From: Mobula hypostoma
Lineage: Eukaryota
Length of the DNA: 64,000 bases
Direction of reading: 5' to 3'
Assembly (NCBI RefSeq): GCF_963921235.1
Contig: NC_086097.1
Location: forward strand, 204,540,001-204,604,000
The notes under the pieces are model-generated. The model ran no database searches. It was not told the origin of the DNA and saw only the letters and a program-made list of their open reading frames with translations. Position 1 is the stretch's first letter, and each line of letters begins with the position of its first letter. This document shows positions 1-12,385 of the stretch, piece after piece. A program made the translations under genes and the position numbers.

Positions 1-224
1 TGAAATTCATGACTGAAAGATTTCTGAAATCAATACATATATTGCTTTATTTTTATCTTTCTAATCACACACTCTCAACGTGTCCTATTAAATTTGTTTT
101 ATGTTACCAAGTTTAAGAATTGATTTAAACTTCTATTATTATTAATATGATAGCATAAGAACTGTAATAGTATTATTAGCCTCACAATTACTGACACAGT
201 GAAGCATACCTTTCTTAGAATGTC

Positions 225-365
225 AAAAAGTACAGCACAGGAACAGACTGTTCAGCCCACAATGTTGTGCCAAACTATATAAACCTGTAATGAAGTCGAT
301 CTCTTCTGCCTACAGAATGTTCTTATTCCTAATTCTTTGCACATCCAAGTTAGAGCATTTTAAAT
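225..365 (-). mobile_element. CR1 LINE 3'-end fragment
   Basis: tacagcacaggaacagactgttcagcccacaatgttgtgcc resembles the reverse-complemented CR1 3' UTR seen at 18608 and 44261. Confidence 0.5.
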
Positions 366-489
366 ACCGCTATCTTCTATAAATGCATCACGGTCATTGA
401 CCTGGGGGTGTTTACTCTTGTCTACAAAAATTATCTAATTGCAGCCAAGGTTGTATCTGCATTGTTTTCTCATCCCAGTGTGTGCACCA

Positions 490-800
490 CAAGCTCTGGC
501 ATCCCCAAGGATTTATGCTAGGTACCCTTCCCATCGTGACATCATCTGAAAATAATGCTAGCTTCCCCACTGCTGATACGTAACTTTATCTATCTTTACA
601 AATTTTGTTTCCCTGACACTACCTAAAGATTGCTTAGCTCCATTTTTCACCATCCAGCTGAATATTGAGAAGACTGAAGACATTCTCACCACAGGTTCAG
701 TTCCTTAGCCACTGACTATTACTTTCCCTACCGACTGAACCAGTTACTGCAACCTAGGTGTCCTATTTGACACTGCGATGGACATCCAATTCCATATCCA
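490..800 (+). mobile_element. Highly degraded LINE (L2-like) RT remnant
   Basis: Remnants resembling GVPQGS.LG (ggcatccccaagga), ADDTQLY (gctgatacgtaactttat), LNI.KTE (ctgaatattgagaagactgaa) and NLGV.FD (aacctaggtgtcctatttgac). Confidence 0.45.
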
Positions 801-1129
801 AATTTTACTTCCATCATTCTCACAGTTTAACCTGTTGTTGACCTGTGGTTTGATTTATTCAAGATCTAATTATTTCAGGGTGTTCCTGAGTAATCTCCTG
901 GTGAATAAGTAAATTGAAATCATTAAACTCTTCTGTGTGTGTCCTCAGAAATAGCAAAGCCCCTCCTCAGCTGGCTACCAGAAGTAGCCATGCTGTGACT
1001 TATTTAGGTAACCATACAACTAACCTTTTAATTCTGAATTATCCCAGTAAGTTAAAATCCCAACATTCAAACATTCAACTTTGGCTATCCTCCAATCCTG
1101 CAGTACCTCACCTGTTGATAAGAATGATT

Positions 1130-3560
1130 TAAATATCTCTGCTGGGGCCCCTGTAATTTCTGTGCTTGCCCCCCCATAGGATCTGAGGGAATACCTTGTC
1201 ATGCCCTGAGACACCTCCTCCTCTGTAATCTGTATAGGATCCATCTCCTCACTGCAGCTTTGTCTCACTAGTCTCTGTGTCCATCTCCCAAGTAAAAACA
1301 GATGCAAAAGATCCATTTAAGATTTCCCTCGTCTCTTTTGGCTCCACACATTGATTATCATTCTGACCTTCCGGAGGACCAATTTTGTATTTGTCACATT
1401 TTTGTTCTTAACATATCTGTAGAAATCCTTAGGATTCTCCTTCACCTTGTGAGCTAGAGCAACCTCATGCCTCCTTTTAGTTTTCCTGATCCCTTTATTA
1501 AGGGTCCTCTTGCATTTTTATACCCAATAAGGGGCTCATTTATTCCTACCTGCCTATACTTGCAATGCACCCCAAGACTCAATAAATCTATCATCCTTGC
1601 CTTTTATTTAACAGGCACATACAAGCTTTGTACTTTCAAAAATACACTTTTGAAGGTTTCCTTCTTATCAAGTATGCCTTTGCCACAAAACAGCCTGTCC
1701 CAATCGATATTTGCCAGATGCCTTCTGTTTCCATCAAAGATGGCTTTTCTCAAATTTAAAATGTCAATGCAGGGACCAGACCTATCCTTTTCCATAATTG
1801 CATTGAAACTAATGGCATTATGATCACTAAGTGCAAAGTGTTCCCCTACACAAACTTTTGTCACTTGTCCTGCCTCAATCCCTAATAGGAGATCAAGTAT
1901 TGCATACTCTCTCATTGGGACTCCTATGTAATGAATAAGGAAATGTTTGACAATCTCTATCCCATCTGGTACTTCTACAATATGGAAGTTCCAGTCAATA
2001 TATGGAAAGTTAACATCACCCACTATCACAACCTTATGCTTCTCGCAACAGTCTGCAATCTCTCTACAAATTTGTTCATCTAAATTAAGCAGACTGTTGA
2101 GTGGTCTACCATAAAGCCTAATTAATGTGGTCATACCTTTCTTATTCCTCTGCTCCACCCATAAAGCCTACTGGATGAGTTCCTCAGTCTGTTCTGACTG
2201 AGCAGTGCTGTGACATTTTCTCTGAATAGTAATGCCACCCCTTTCCCTTTAATCCCTCCAACTCTATCACATCTAAAATGATGGATCCCCAGAATATTGA
2301 GCTACCATTTCTGCCCCTACTGCAACCAAGTCTCTCTAATGGCTACAATGCCATAATTATATTTGTTGATCTGAGATTATTTGCCTTTCCTACGATACTT
2401 CTTGCATTGAAATGTATGCAACTCAGGATACTAGTCACATCATGCTCAACCTTTTGCCTCCTGACTTCGTCTGAGGTCTTAACAACAACTGTCTCTCTGG
2501 TTAGCATACCCCTGCAACTCTAGTTTAACCTCCCCCCACCGCCATGCAGTGCAGCACAAGCAAACCTTCTTGCTGGGATATAATCTCCCTTCAGTTTAGA
2601 ATGAAACCATCCCTTCTGTACATGTCCCAATTTCCCTAGAAGAGAGCCCAATGATCCAAAAATCTGAAGCCCTCCCTCCTACACCAGCTCCTATCTTTCT
2701 ATTTCTGGCCATACTAGCACACAGCACTGGTAGCAATCCTGAGATTACAACCCTGGAGGTCCTGTCTTTAAACTTAGCACCTAACTCCCTGAACTCACTT
2801 TGCAGAACCTCATCTGTCTTCCTATGTCATTGGTACTTATATGGACCATGACCTCTGGGCGCTCATCTTCCCACTTAAGGAGAGTGATTTGAGATGTTCT
2901 GGACTCCGGCACCAGGGGGGCGCCATATCATTCGGGAATATCATTCTAGCCCACAGAACTTCCTTTCTATTATAACTAATAATCCCCTATCACCAAAGAT
3001 CACCTCTTCTGTCCACTTCCCTTCTGAGCCACGGAGCAAGAGTCATTGCCAGAGACATGACTGCGGTGAGTTTCCTCTGCTGGGTCATCCTCCCCAGCAG
3101 TAGCCAAAGTGGTATACTTGTTGTTGAGGGGGATGACTGCACCTTACACTGGTGGTTTAACCCCTTTCACCCTCCCTTCTGTCACCCAGTTTCCTGTATT
3201 CTGCACCTTGGTGTAACTGTCTCTCTATATGTTCTGTCCATCACCCCCTCAGCCTCCCGAATGATCCAGAGTTCACATAGCACCTGTTCTAACACCTCAA
3301 TGCAGAATGTTAGAAGCTGCAGATGGATACACTTCTTGCAGATGAAGTTGTCAGGGAGAATTAAAGTCTCCCTGCCTTCCCACATCTCACAAGACGGGAT
3401 TTCAACTCTCCTGCCTGGCATCCCCACTTCCCTAATTGTGCAGTAATAATATAGAAGGAAACAATAAATAATCTGAAAATAAATCTACCTCCAGTTTTTC
3501 ACCTTCTGTCACTCAAGTTTCTCTTCACTGAAGCCTCAAAGAGCTAAAGCCTCAAAATCA
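1130..3560 (-). mobile_element. Degraded CR1 LINE (ORF1 plus APE/linker part of ORF2)
   Basis: ORF 3182-3427 has CEMWE...CKKC, the ORF1 Zn finger as in 59394. ORF 1604-2158 has GDVNFPYIDW, ILDLLL and SDHNAISF (APE endonuclease). Many stops. Confidence 0.9.
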
Positions 3561-4048
3561 CAACTCTAACAATATTCGCCAACGCAGACTTGCCCCTGCC
3601 TTATTTTAATTTGAATTTGCTAATGACTCCTGATCTCTGATTGGGCGCTCTTTAAACACCCAAACTGCCGTGAACAGTTGTCTTTTAATGCACACTCGCC
3701 AACCTGAGTGGCTCACTCTATCTCTCATTCCTGGGGTCTGATTGGCCACTATTCAAGCAGCGTTGACTTTTCACAAGATTTTCAAATTGCAAATCCATGA
3801 AGCAAATTCTTTCAATTTTTAAAGTTAGAAATGTATTTTATGTTGATTCACTTATAATGCCCCCCTAAATTCATTGCTTTGTCTAATGTTTAAATGATGT
3901 ACAGAAATATCATTGGCAAATAGGGAAGAAGTATTCATATTAAGGCAAGGTGAAAATTCTTAATTAAGTACCATATAAAAGTATTACACTTAGATTAAAA
4001 AATTAATTTGAGATAGAAATTAGTCTTCTGTCACTAAGTGTAAAAAGG

Positions 4049-4224
4049 TATAAAACCATTTTGTAACCTTTTCTATTTTATCATTACCTTCTGATTTAAT
4101 GTAGGTCAGAAGTAAAATTGAAATAATATTAAGCTAAAAAGTTAATTTCTCCATAGGGTGTAAAACCATTCTGTACTTCTCCTTATTCCATCATTACATT
4201 CTCTTGAGTTAGTGTAGATCAGAA
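4049..4224. repeat. Diverged local tandem duplication (~110-bp period)
   Basis: gtataaaaccattttgta...tcattac...tgtaggtcagaa (4049-4111) is repeated as gtgtaaaaccattctgta...tcattac...tgtagatcagaa (4159-4224). Confidence 0.6.
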
Positions 4225-4329
4225 CTACCTTAGGTGACCTTTTCTTCTTTCATGTTTCAACATAGTTCTGTAATTGGGGGAGATGGTTTCGTTACCGTGA
4301 TGAGGAAGGGGCATTTTGTTTCCAGAGAT

Positions 4330-7243
4330 CCAAACGTCAAAGTGAAAAGTACTAAATACTGGTCTTAAGGTGTTATACTTAAATGCACACAGCATAAGGA
4401 ATAAGGTGGATGATCTTGTCGTACAGCTACAGATTGGCAGGTATGATATTGTGGCCATCACTGAGATGTGGCTAAAGGATGCATGTCTCTGGGAGCTGAG
4501 CGTCCAAGGATGCACGGTGTATCGGAAGGATAGGAAGGTAGGCAGAGGGGGAGGTGTGGCTTTATTGATAAGAAATGATATTAAATCATTAGAAAGAGGT
4601 AATATAGGATTGGAAGGTGCAGAATCTTTATGGGTTGAACTAAGAAATCGCAGGGGTAAAAGGACCCTGATGGCAGTTACTTATAGGCCTCCAAACAGCT
4701 GCAGGTATGTGGACTACAAATTACAACAGGAAATAGAAAAGGCTTGTCAGAAGGGCAGTGTTATGATAATTGTGGGGGATTTTAACATGCGAGTGGATTG
4801 GGAAAATCGGGTCAGCACTGCATCTCAAGAGAGAGAATTTGTAGAATGTCTGCGAGATGGCTTTTTAGAACAGCTTGTTGTTGAGCCCACCAGGGGATGG
4901 GCTGTACTGGATTGAGTATTGTGTAATGAACCGGAGGTGATTAGAGAGATTGAGGTGAAGGAACCCTTAGGAGGCAGTGATCATAACATGATTGAGTTCA
5001 CTGTGAAATTTAAAAAAGAGAAGCCGAAATCCGATGTGTCGGTATTTCAGTGGAGTAAAGGAAATTACAGTGGCATGAGAGAGGAACTGGCCAAAGTTGA
5101 CTGGAAAGGGACACTGGCGGGAAAGATGGCAGAGCAGCAGTGGCTGGAGTTTATGTGAGAAGTGAAGAAGGTGCAAGACAGGTATATTCCAAAAAAGAAG
5201 AAATTTTCGAATGGAAAAAGGATGCAACTGTGGTTGACAAGAGAAGTCAAAGCCAAAGTTAAAGCAAAGGAGAGAGCATACAAGGAAGCAAAAATTAGTG
5301 GGAAGACAGAGGACTGGGAAGTTTTTAAAACCTTACAAAAGGAAACCAAGAAGGTCATTAAGAGGGAAAAGATTAACTATGAAAGAAAGCTAGCAAATAA
5401 TATCAAAGAGGATACTAAAAGCTTTTTCAAGTATATAAAGAGTAAAAGACAGGTGAGAGTAGATATAGGACCGATAGAAAATGATGCTGGAGAAATTGTA
5501 ATGGGAGATAAGGAGATGGCAGAGGAACTGAACGAGTATTTTGCATCAGTCTTCACTGAGGAAGACATCAGCAGTATACCGGACACTCAAGGGTGGCAGG
5601 GAAGAGAAGTGTGCGCAGTCACAATTATGACAGAGAAAGTACTCAGGAAGCTGAATAGTCTAAAGGTAGATAAATCTCCTGGACCAGATGGAATGCACCC
5701 TCGTGTTCTGAAGGAAGTAGCTGTGGAGATTGCGGAGGCATTAGCGATGATCTTTCAAAAGTCGATAGATTCTGGCATGGTTCCGGAGGACTGGAAGATT
5801 GCAAATGTCACTCCGCTATTTAAGAAGGGGGCAAGGAAGCAAAAAGGAAATTGTAGACCTGTTAGCTTGACATCGGTGGTTGGGAAGTTGTTGGAGTCAA
5901 TTGTCAAGGATGAGGTTACAGAGTACCTGGAGGCATATGACAAGATAGGCAGAACTCAGCATGGATTCCTTAAAGGAAAATCCTGCCTGATAAACCTATG
6001 ACAATTTTTTAAGGAAATTACCAATAGGCTAGACAAGGGAGATGCAGTGGATGTTGTATATTTGGATTTTCAGAAGGCCTTTGACAAGGTGCCACACATG
6101 AGGCTGCTTAACAAGATACGAGCCCATGAAATTATGGGAACGTTACATATGTGGATAGAGCATTGGCTGATTGGCAGGAAACAGAGAGTGGGAATAAAGG
6201 GATCCTATTCTGGTTGGCTGCCGGTTACCAGTGGTGTTCCACAGGGGTCCGTGTTGGGGCTGCTTCTTTTTACATTGTACATCAACGATTTGGATTATGG
6301 AATAGATGGCTTTGTGGCTATGTTTGCTGATGATACGAAGATAGGTGGAGGGGCTGGTAGTGCTAAGGAAACAGAGAGTCTGCAGAGAGACTTGGATAGA
6401 TGGAAAACTGGGCAGAGAAGTGGCAAATGAAGTACAATGTTGGAAAGTGTATGGTTATGCACTTTGGCAGAAATAATAAACGGGCAGACTATTATTTAAA
6501 TGGGGAAAGAATTCAAATTCCGGAGATGCAATGGGACTTTGGAGTCCTCGTACAGGATACCCTTAAGGTTAACCTTCAGGTTGAGTCAGTAGTGAAGAAG
6601 GTGAATGCAATGTTGGCATTCATTTCTAGAGGAATAGAGTATAGGAGTAGGGATGTGATGTTGAGGCTCTATAAGGCGCTGGTGAGACCTCACTTGGAGT
6701 ACTGTAGGCAGTTTTGGTCTCCATATTTAAGAAAGGATGTGCTGACATTGGAGAGGGTACAGAGAAGATTCACTAGAATGATTCCGGGAATGAGAGGGTT
6801 AACATATGAGGAACATTTGTCCGCTCTTGGACTGTATTCCTTGGAGTTTAGAAGAATGAGGGGAGACCTCATAGAAACATTTCGAATGTTGAAATGCATG
6901 GACAGAGTGGATGTGGCAAGGTTGTTTCCCGTGATGGGGGAGTCTAGTATGAGTGCGCAAGACTTATGGATTGAAGAGCGCCCATTCAGAACAGAAATGC
7001 GAAAAAATTTTTTTAGTCAGAGGGTGGTGAGTCTATAGAATTTGTTGCCACGGGCGGCAGTGGAGGCCAAGTCATTGGGTGTATTTAAGGCAGAGATTGA
7101 TAGGTATCTGAGTAGCCAGGGCAAGGCTATGGTGAGAAGGCGGGGAAGTGGGACTAAATGGGAGAACGGATCAGCTCATGATAAAATGGTGGAGCAGAGT
7201 CGATGGGCCGAATGGCTGACTTCTGCTCCTTTGTCTTATGGTT
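4330..7243 (+). mobile_element. CR1 LINE, ORF2 (APE + RT) with stops/frameshifts and 3' UTR
   Basis: YLNAHSIRNK, ITEMW, YRPP, GDFN and SDHNMI (APE); KSPGPDG, DFQKAFDKV, GVPQGSVLG and FADD (RT); ends in ctgctcctttgtcttatggt. Confidence 0.95.
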
Positions 7244-7286
7244 CCTTTCTTCTCATTAAATGAACTTAATATTGCTTACTGGCTTA

Positions 7287-7772
7287 CAATGGATGATTGA
7301 TAAGTTCGTGGCCTAAGGTAGACGGAGTCAATTTTAGAAAATCTAGCACATTTACTTTTTCCTACATTTACACACTTAGTCCAACGATCGTGGAGCATAC
7401 GGATCCCTTCTTTGTAGAAGTCGGTGTCTTGGACCTCCAGAAGTGGTCCACAGCAGGGGTGATTGATAAGTTTCTGGCCTAAAGTAAAAGGAGGTGAGGA
7501 GAAACTTCAAACTTTCTGCATTGTCACTCAAAGAGTTGAACTGCACGTGCATGTAACAACAGCTGTATAACTCATCTCCTTCTACCTTAGGCCACGAACT
7601 TACCAATCACCCTTGCTGTGGACCACTTCTACAAAGAAGGGATACGTATGCTCCACGACCGCTGGACTAAGTGTGTACATATAGGAGGGGACTATGTTGA
7701 AAAATAAATGTGCTAGGTTTTCTAAAATTGACTCCTTCTAACTTAGGCCACCAACTTATCAATCACCCCTCG
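7287..7772. mobile_element. Palindromic non-autonomous mariner element (MITE/foldback)
   Basis: TA at 7285-86 and 7773-74. Terminal inverted repeats gatgattgataagttcgtggcctaaggtaga / tctaacttaggccaccaacttatcaatcacccctcg. 7627-7707 encodes the mariner transposase C-terminus FYKEGIRMLHDRWTKCVHIGGDYVEK*. Confidence 0.85.
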
Positions 7773-7921
7773 TATAAAGTTTGTAACAATATAGGTATCA
7801 AACATTGACTCCTATAATTCCTTTGATAATGCTTCTGACTTTTTAGTTAAAAACTGAGTCAATATATTTGGAATTCACATTTCTCAGGACTACCAGTCCC
7901 ATGAGTCCAATGAGAAGCAAT

Positions 7922-8020
7922 TACTGATAAAGGGTCTGAGCCCAAAACATCGATTGTTTACTCTTTCCCATAGATGCTGCCTGGCCTACTGAGTTCCTTT
8001 AGTAGTTTGTGTGTGTTGTT
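7922..8020 (+). mobile_element. Short PLE 3'-tail insert with degenerate hammerhead motif
   Basis: ctgataaagggtctgagcccaaaacatcga...atagatgctgcctggcctactgagttcc, homologous to 31565-31660. Confidence 0.75.
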
Positions 8021-8167
8021 TGATGGGACAACATTGTTGATAATCTGGCAAAAATTGTGAAATGTTGTGCAGCGATCGCTCATAAATAGGTTCAATTTGA
8101 TATGTTTTAACATACATATTGCTAGTAAAGACATTAAATGATTGTTTAACTCAGATGTTTGCTTTTT

Positions 8168-8532
8168 GCCATCCTATCTTTTGTAAATAAGGGCTCCAAA
8201 TATTCAAAAATGTTTCATATTTATCTCTTAAATTATAAGTAGTTCTTTCGAGTGGAATTACAAAAGATAGGATGTCATATTTAGTTGCTCCGATGATAAA
8301 GATCTTGGTCCCTTGGGGAAAGTAACAAAATATAGATAAAATTTATTTTAAATCCCATGGAGCATGTGCAAACCTTCCAATATTCAGGCAGTTCTTTTTC
8401 TTTTTCTTCTTCTTTTTTTCTTTTCTCTTTAGGTAGGAGTATATATCGGGGGGGAGGGTTAAAGGGAGGGGGAGGGTAGATATTATTTTCTCATGTATTT
8501 ACTTTGAAAACAATAAAAATTATATTAAAAAA
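8168..8532 (+). mobile_element. 5'-truncated L1-clade LINE with 5' inversion, poly(A) tail and 15-bp TSD
   Basis: TSD agatgtttgcttttt at 8153-8167 and 8533-8547; aataaa plus A-tail. The minus strand of 8168-8260 encodes IPLERTTYNLRDKYETFLNIWSPYLQKIG, like a fish L1 ORF2 C-terminus. Confidence 0.75.
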
Positions 8533-8969
8533 AGATGTTTGCTTTTTTAAGAATATTTTTTGAATTATTATCTATCTTCCAATGTGGAAGATTAATCATT
8601 TCCCTCCAATCACTCTCTGAGAACAAAGTTGATTTAAATCAAGCAATTATTAAATTTATTTTTAACATGTTCTCTTTACTTATTACAGATTTTCCTAAGT
8701 TATCATGATGCCTGGTAATTTACTGAAAAACGAGCTGTAGGTAGGTAAAATCTTTCGAGAGATCACTTGACAAAGTATGCTACACCAAATGTATTCAGCT
8801 CCCTTGTTTTATTATTTTGGTGCAATGCTCCTGTTACCATGGAAATTATGAAAAGTGATAGATTTTTTTTGTCAATCTACACTATCATGTACAATTATTT
8901 TCACTGTGTTTAAAATAAGAAAGCAACTGATATATTTCTTACTGTAGCTAATGCAATGTAAATCTACAG

Positions 8970-9082
8970 GGACAAAAAAAAGCACTGCAGATGCTGAAAT
9001 CTGAAGAAACAACTAACCTGCTGGAGGAACTCAGCAGTTTGAACATGCTGCTCGACCCCCTGAGTCCCTCCAGCATATTTCT
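8970..9082. mobile_element. Short hairpin insert derived from PLE tail
   Basis: ctgcagatgctg...tgctggaggaactcagc...ctgagtccctccagca inverted arms, same family as 11936-12126. Confidence 0.6.
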
Positions 9083-9361
9083 TCTTACTGCATTATCAGC
9101 CTATTTTCCATTTAAGGCCAGGGCTCAGACACTTGTTCTTTTGGAGCCAGCTTTTAATTACAATTCAAGTAGAGATGAATGTTGTTCTGTTGTGTTATTG
9201 AGAATTTAGTAGATGGAGGTTGCAATGGGAGAATATGCAATGCTTGCAAAAATGTGCTTAAAATTATAAATTTTAGTTGTATTTCATTGTTCTAATGACT
9301 GACTGAAAATTATAGCAATCTCTGTTCATTTTCACACACGGCAAATTAAACATTTGATAAC

Positions 9362-10600
9362 AGAATGTAGAACATCGAACAGTGCAGCGCAGTACCCACC
9401 CCATCCCACAGAGTCCTCCTATTTCTTTTATGTATCTAAGAGTCTCTTGCGTCTACCTGTACCACCACCCCTGGCAGTGGGTTCTATTCTGTAATATAAC
9501 CCTTCCGCTAACATCGCCCCTATACTTTCCTTCATTTGTATTAAAAGTATGACCTCTTGCAGTATCCATTTCCACCCTGAGGAAAAAGGCACTGGCTGTC
9601 CACTCTATCTGTGTCTCTCATCATCTCATATATCTCTATCAAATCATCTCTCATTTGCCTTTGCACAAAAGAGAAAAGCTCCTTCCCTTTAAGCCATATT
9701 CTCTAATCCAGGCAGCATCTTAGTAAATCTCCTCTTTACCCTCTCTGAAGCCTCCTCATCTTTCCCATAAGGAGACAACCAGGACTGAACACAATCCTCC
9801 CAAGTGTGGTCTGACCAGAATTTGGGAGAGCTGAAACATTATCTCACAACTCTTGAATGCAATCCCCCGACAAATGAAGGCCAACACACCATTTTCCTTA
9901 ACCATCTTATCAATTTGTATGGCAGCTTTGAGATATCTATTGACATGAACTCCAAGATCCCTCAGATCCTCCACACTTCCAAGAATCCTGTCATTAATCC
10001 TGTACTCTATCTTCAAATTCAACTTTCAAAGTGTATCACTTCATATTTTTCTGGATTGAACTCCATCTGCCACTTCTCTACCCAGCTCTGCATCCTATCA
10101 GTTTCCCACTGTAACCTACAAAATCCTTCCACACCTGGTGTTCCCAATCTTTTGTATGCCATGGACAAATACCATTAAGCAAAGGGTCCATGGAACCCAT
10201 GTTGGTAACCTGTTTTACACTATCCAAAATGCCACCAACATTCGTGTCACGGGCAAATTTACTAATCTACCCTCCCACTTACTCATCCTAATAATTTATA
10301 AAAATCACAAAGAGCCTGATCAAATTCTTTGAGTGAATGTTAAAACAAATTGATGAAGACAGAGCAGTGGATGTGGTGTAAATGGATTTTAGTATGGCAT
10401 TTAACAAGATTACCCTTGGTTGGCTCATTCAAAAGTCAGGAGGCATTGGGTCCAGGGAAATTTAGTCCCAGAACAGAACTGCACAGAACACCACTGTTCA
10501 CTGACCCCTAGGTAGAAAACGCTCCATCACTACCATCCTCTGCCTCTGGTGGGCAAGCCAGTTCTGAATCCATGCAGATAAATTTCCCTGTACCTAACGT
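9362..10600 (-). mobile_element. Old CR1 RT/3' fragments, with a small + strand piece at ~10340-10465
   Basis: ORF 9756-10022 has DLGVHV...LVRPHL; the 3' tail remnant is at 9362-9390; the + strand piece reads AVDVV.MDFS.AF at ~10360. Confidence 0.75.
10134..10212. mobile_element. ~80-bp hAT-like MITE nested in CR1
   Basis: Ends ctggtgttcccaatctt...gttggtaacctg resemble degenerate CAGGGGTTCCCAAC/GTTGGGAACCCCTG TIRs, with an internal ccatgga...tccatgg palindrome. Confidence 0.45.
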
Positions 10601-10753
10601 CTCCTGAATTTTGAATCCTTGTGTACATAAAGTATACTTAAAATGTGTGCAGCTATGATATTGGTTTTCACATGAGTTTGGTGATAGTGTGAAAATTAGC
10701 ATCAGGTTGAGAGTAAAAAATGGCAAACGATCTGGTGCTTTTCTGGTGTATAT

Positions 10754-12345
10754 TGTTGTCGAGGTGCAACTACATATCATTTAAATAAGAGCATGCACAC
10801 AGGAGATGGCTGTAACTGGTGTATTCACATTGCTGTGAGAGAGAAGGAGAGAGCAGATCAATGCGCATAAGTAAGTATCAGTCCATACATAGTGCTAAGG
10901 GCAGTCATTGCTTTAAAAGAAATAGATCCATACATTACATTTCCTCTTCCTCTAGATTAATGTAACATAAACCTGTATATGTAACAAAATATTCGATTTC
11001 CCTTTCACAACCCATATTCAGATAAACATTCTTTCACAATAATGGTCTATAACTAACTTCACTATATTAAAGATTCAGTCTTCTGGGTGGTGCTCTGTTA
11101 CTTTAAGGATAGTGCCTCTGGACCTGTGGAGTGGCATCAGTTTCGGTAGGTGTCTTGGCACAACAACGTTGAGTTTTGAGTTTCAATGCACAAAGACGAA
11201 ATTGTCCATCTTGTGCTGTACAGAGATGTCCTCCTTGTTCATAGCTTTAATGGACTTCTTGAAAATTTGGATAAACCTTTCATTTAACCCATTCATTGCT
11301 GGATGATAAGGAGCTGACTTGAAATGGCTGATGCCATTTTACTTCATGAGTAGTCTGAATTCTTCTGACGTGTATTGTGGTCCGTTGTCACTCACAATTT
11401 GTTCAGGTAAGCCACTTCTGGTGAAGATAGTCCTCAGAGCAGAGACAGTCTTTTCTGAGGTGGTTGGCTTCATTGGTTTGATCTCCAGCCCCTTTGAATG
11501 AGCATCCACAGCAATCAGAATCATGGAGTCCATGAATAGTTCAGCAAAGGCAGTATGCACTCTTTGCCTTAGGAAAGACGACCTCTCCCACAGGTGTAAT
11601 GGTGCCTGTGGTGGTGCATTTTGAATTTTTTGGCATCCCAAAGAGCTTTTGCCCAAGTCTTCAATCTGTTTATCTATTTCCAGTCTCCTCATATAGCTCG
11701 GGCAAAATTCTTCATCTTAACTGTACCTAGGTACCTTCATGCAGATTCTCTAACACTCTGGTGTGTAGTTTAGAGGGAACCACAACATGAGATCCACACA
11801 TCAAGGTTCTTTGACATACTAATTGTTGGTCTCATCTCGCTGAGAACTCTGGAAAAAAAGGGTTACCATGAGCTGATTATCCTTGCTTGGTGATGTCATA
11901 GATTTTTGACAAGGTCAGTTCACTCCTTGTTTCGTAAACACAAAGTAATCTGCAGATGCTGGGGTCAAAGCAACACTCACAACACGCTGGAGGAACTCAG
12001 CAGGTCGGGCAGCATTCGTGGAAAAGATAGGTCCTGACGAAGGGTTCCGGCCCGAAATGTCAACCGATCTTTTCCACGGATGCTGCCCCACCTGCTGAGT
12101 TCCTCCAGCGTGTTGTGAGTGTTGCTCATTCCTTGTTTCGTTTTATATTTCAGAATTTGTTACCGGCAGCTGGTCCATCAATGTTGTGTGGAACACTTCA
12201 GCTGTGTCACAATATGAAGGCTTTTCTTCTTCAGTTGCCCATTTGTTGTGTCTTTGCAACAACAGATCAATTAAATAAAAGCACACACGCGGGAGATGGT
12301 TTTAAATAGTGTATTCACATCACAGTGAGAGGGGCAAGAGGGGGA
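10754..12345 (-). mobile_element. Internally deleted Gypsy (Mag-like) LTR retrotransposon with both LTRs
   Basis: Direct repeats 10754-10939 and 12244-~12345 (tgttgt...aaataa.agca...ggagatgg...gtgtattcacat...gtgaga). A PPT-like purine run precedes TGT at 10939 on the minus strand. Integrase ORF 11339-11692 has AVDAHSK...GLPEQIVSDNGPQYTSEEF. Confidence 0.8.
11936..12126. mobile_element. 191-bp PLE-derived hairpin element with a hammerhead in the loop, 15-bp TSD
   Basis: TSD cactccttgtttcgt (11921-35) / cattccttgtttcgt (12127-41); ~60-bp inverted arms; loop contains ctgacgaagggttccggcccgaaatgtc. Confidence 0.85.
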
Positions 12346-12385
12346 GATGGGGAGAGGGGGAGGGGGGAGAGGGGGAGACCAGGTG

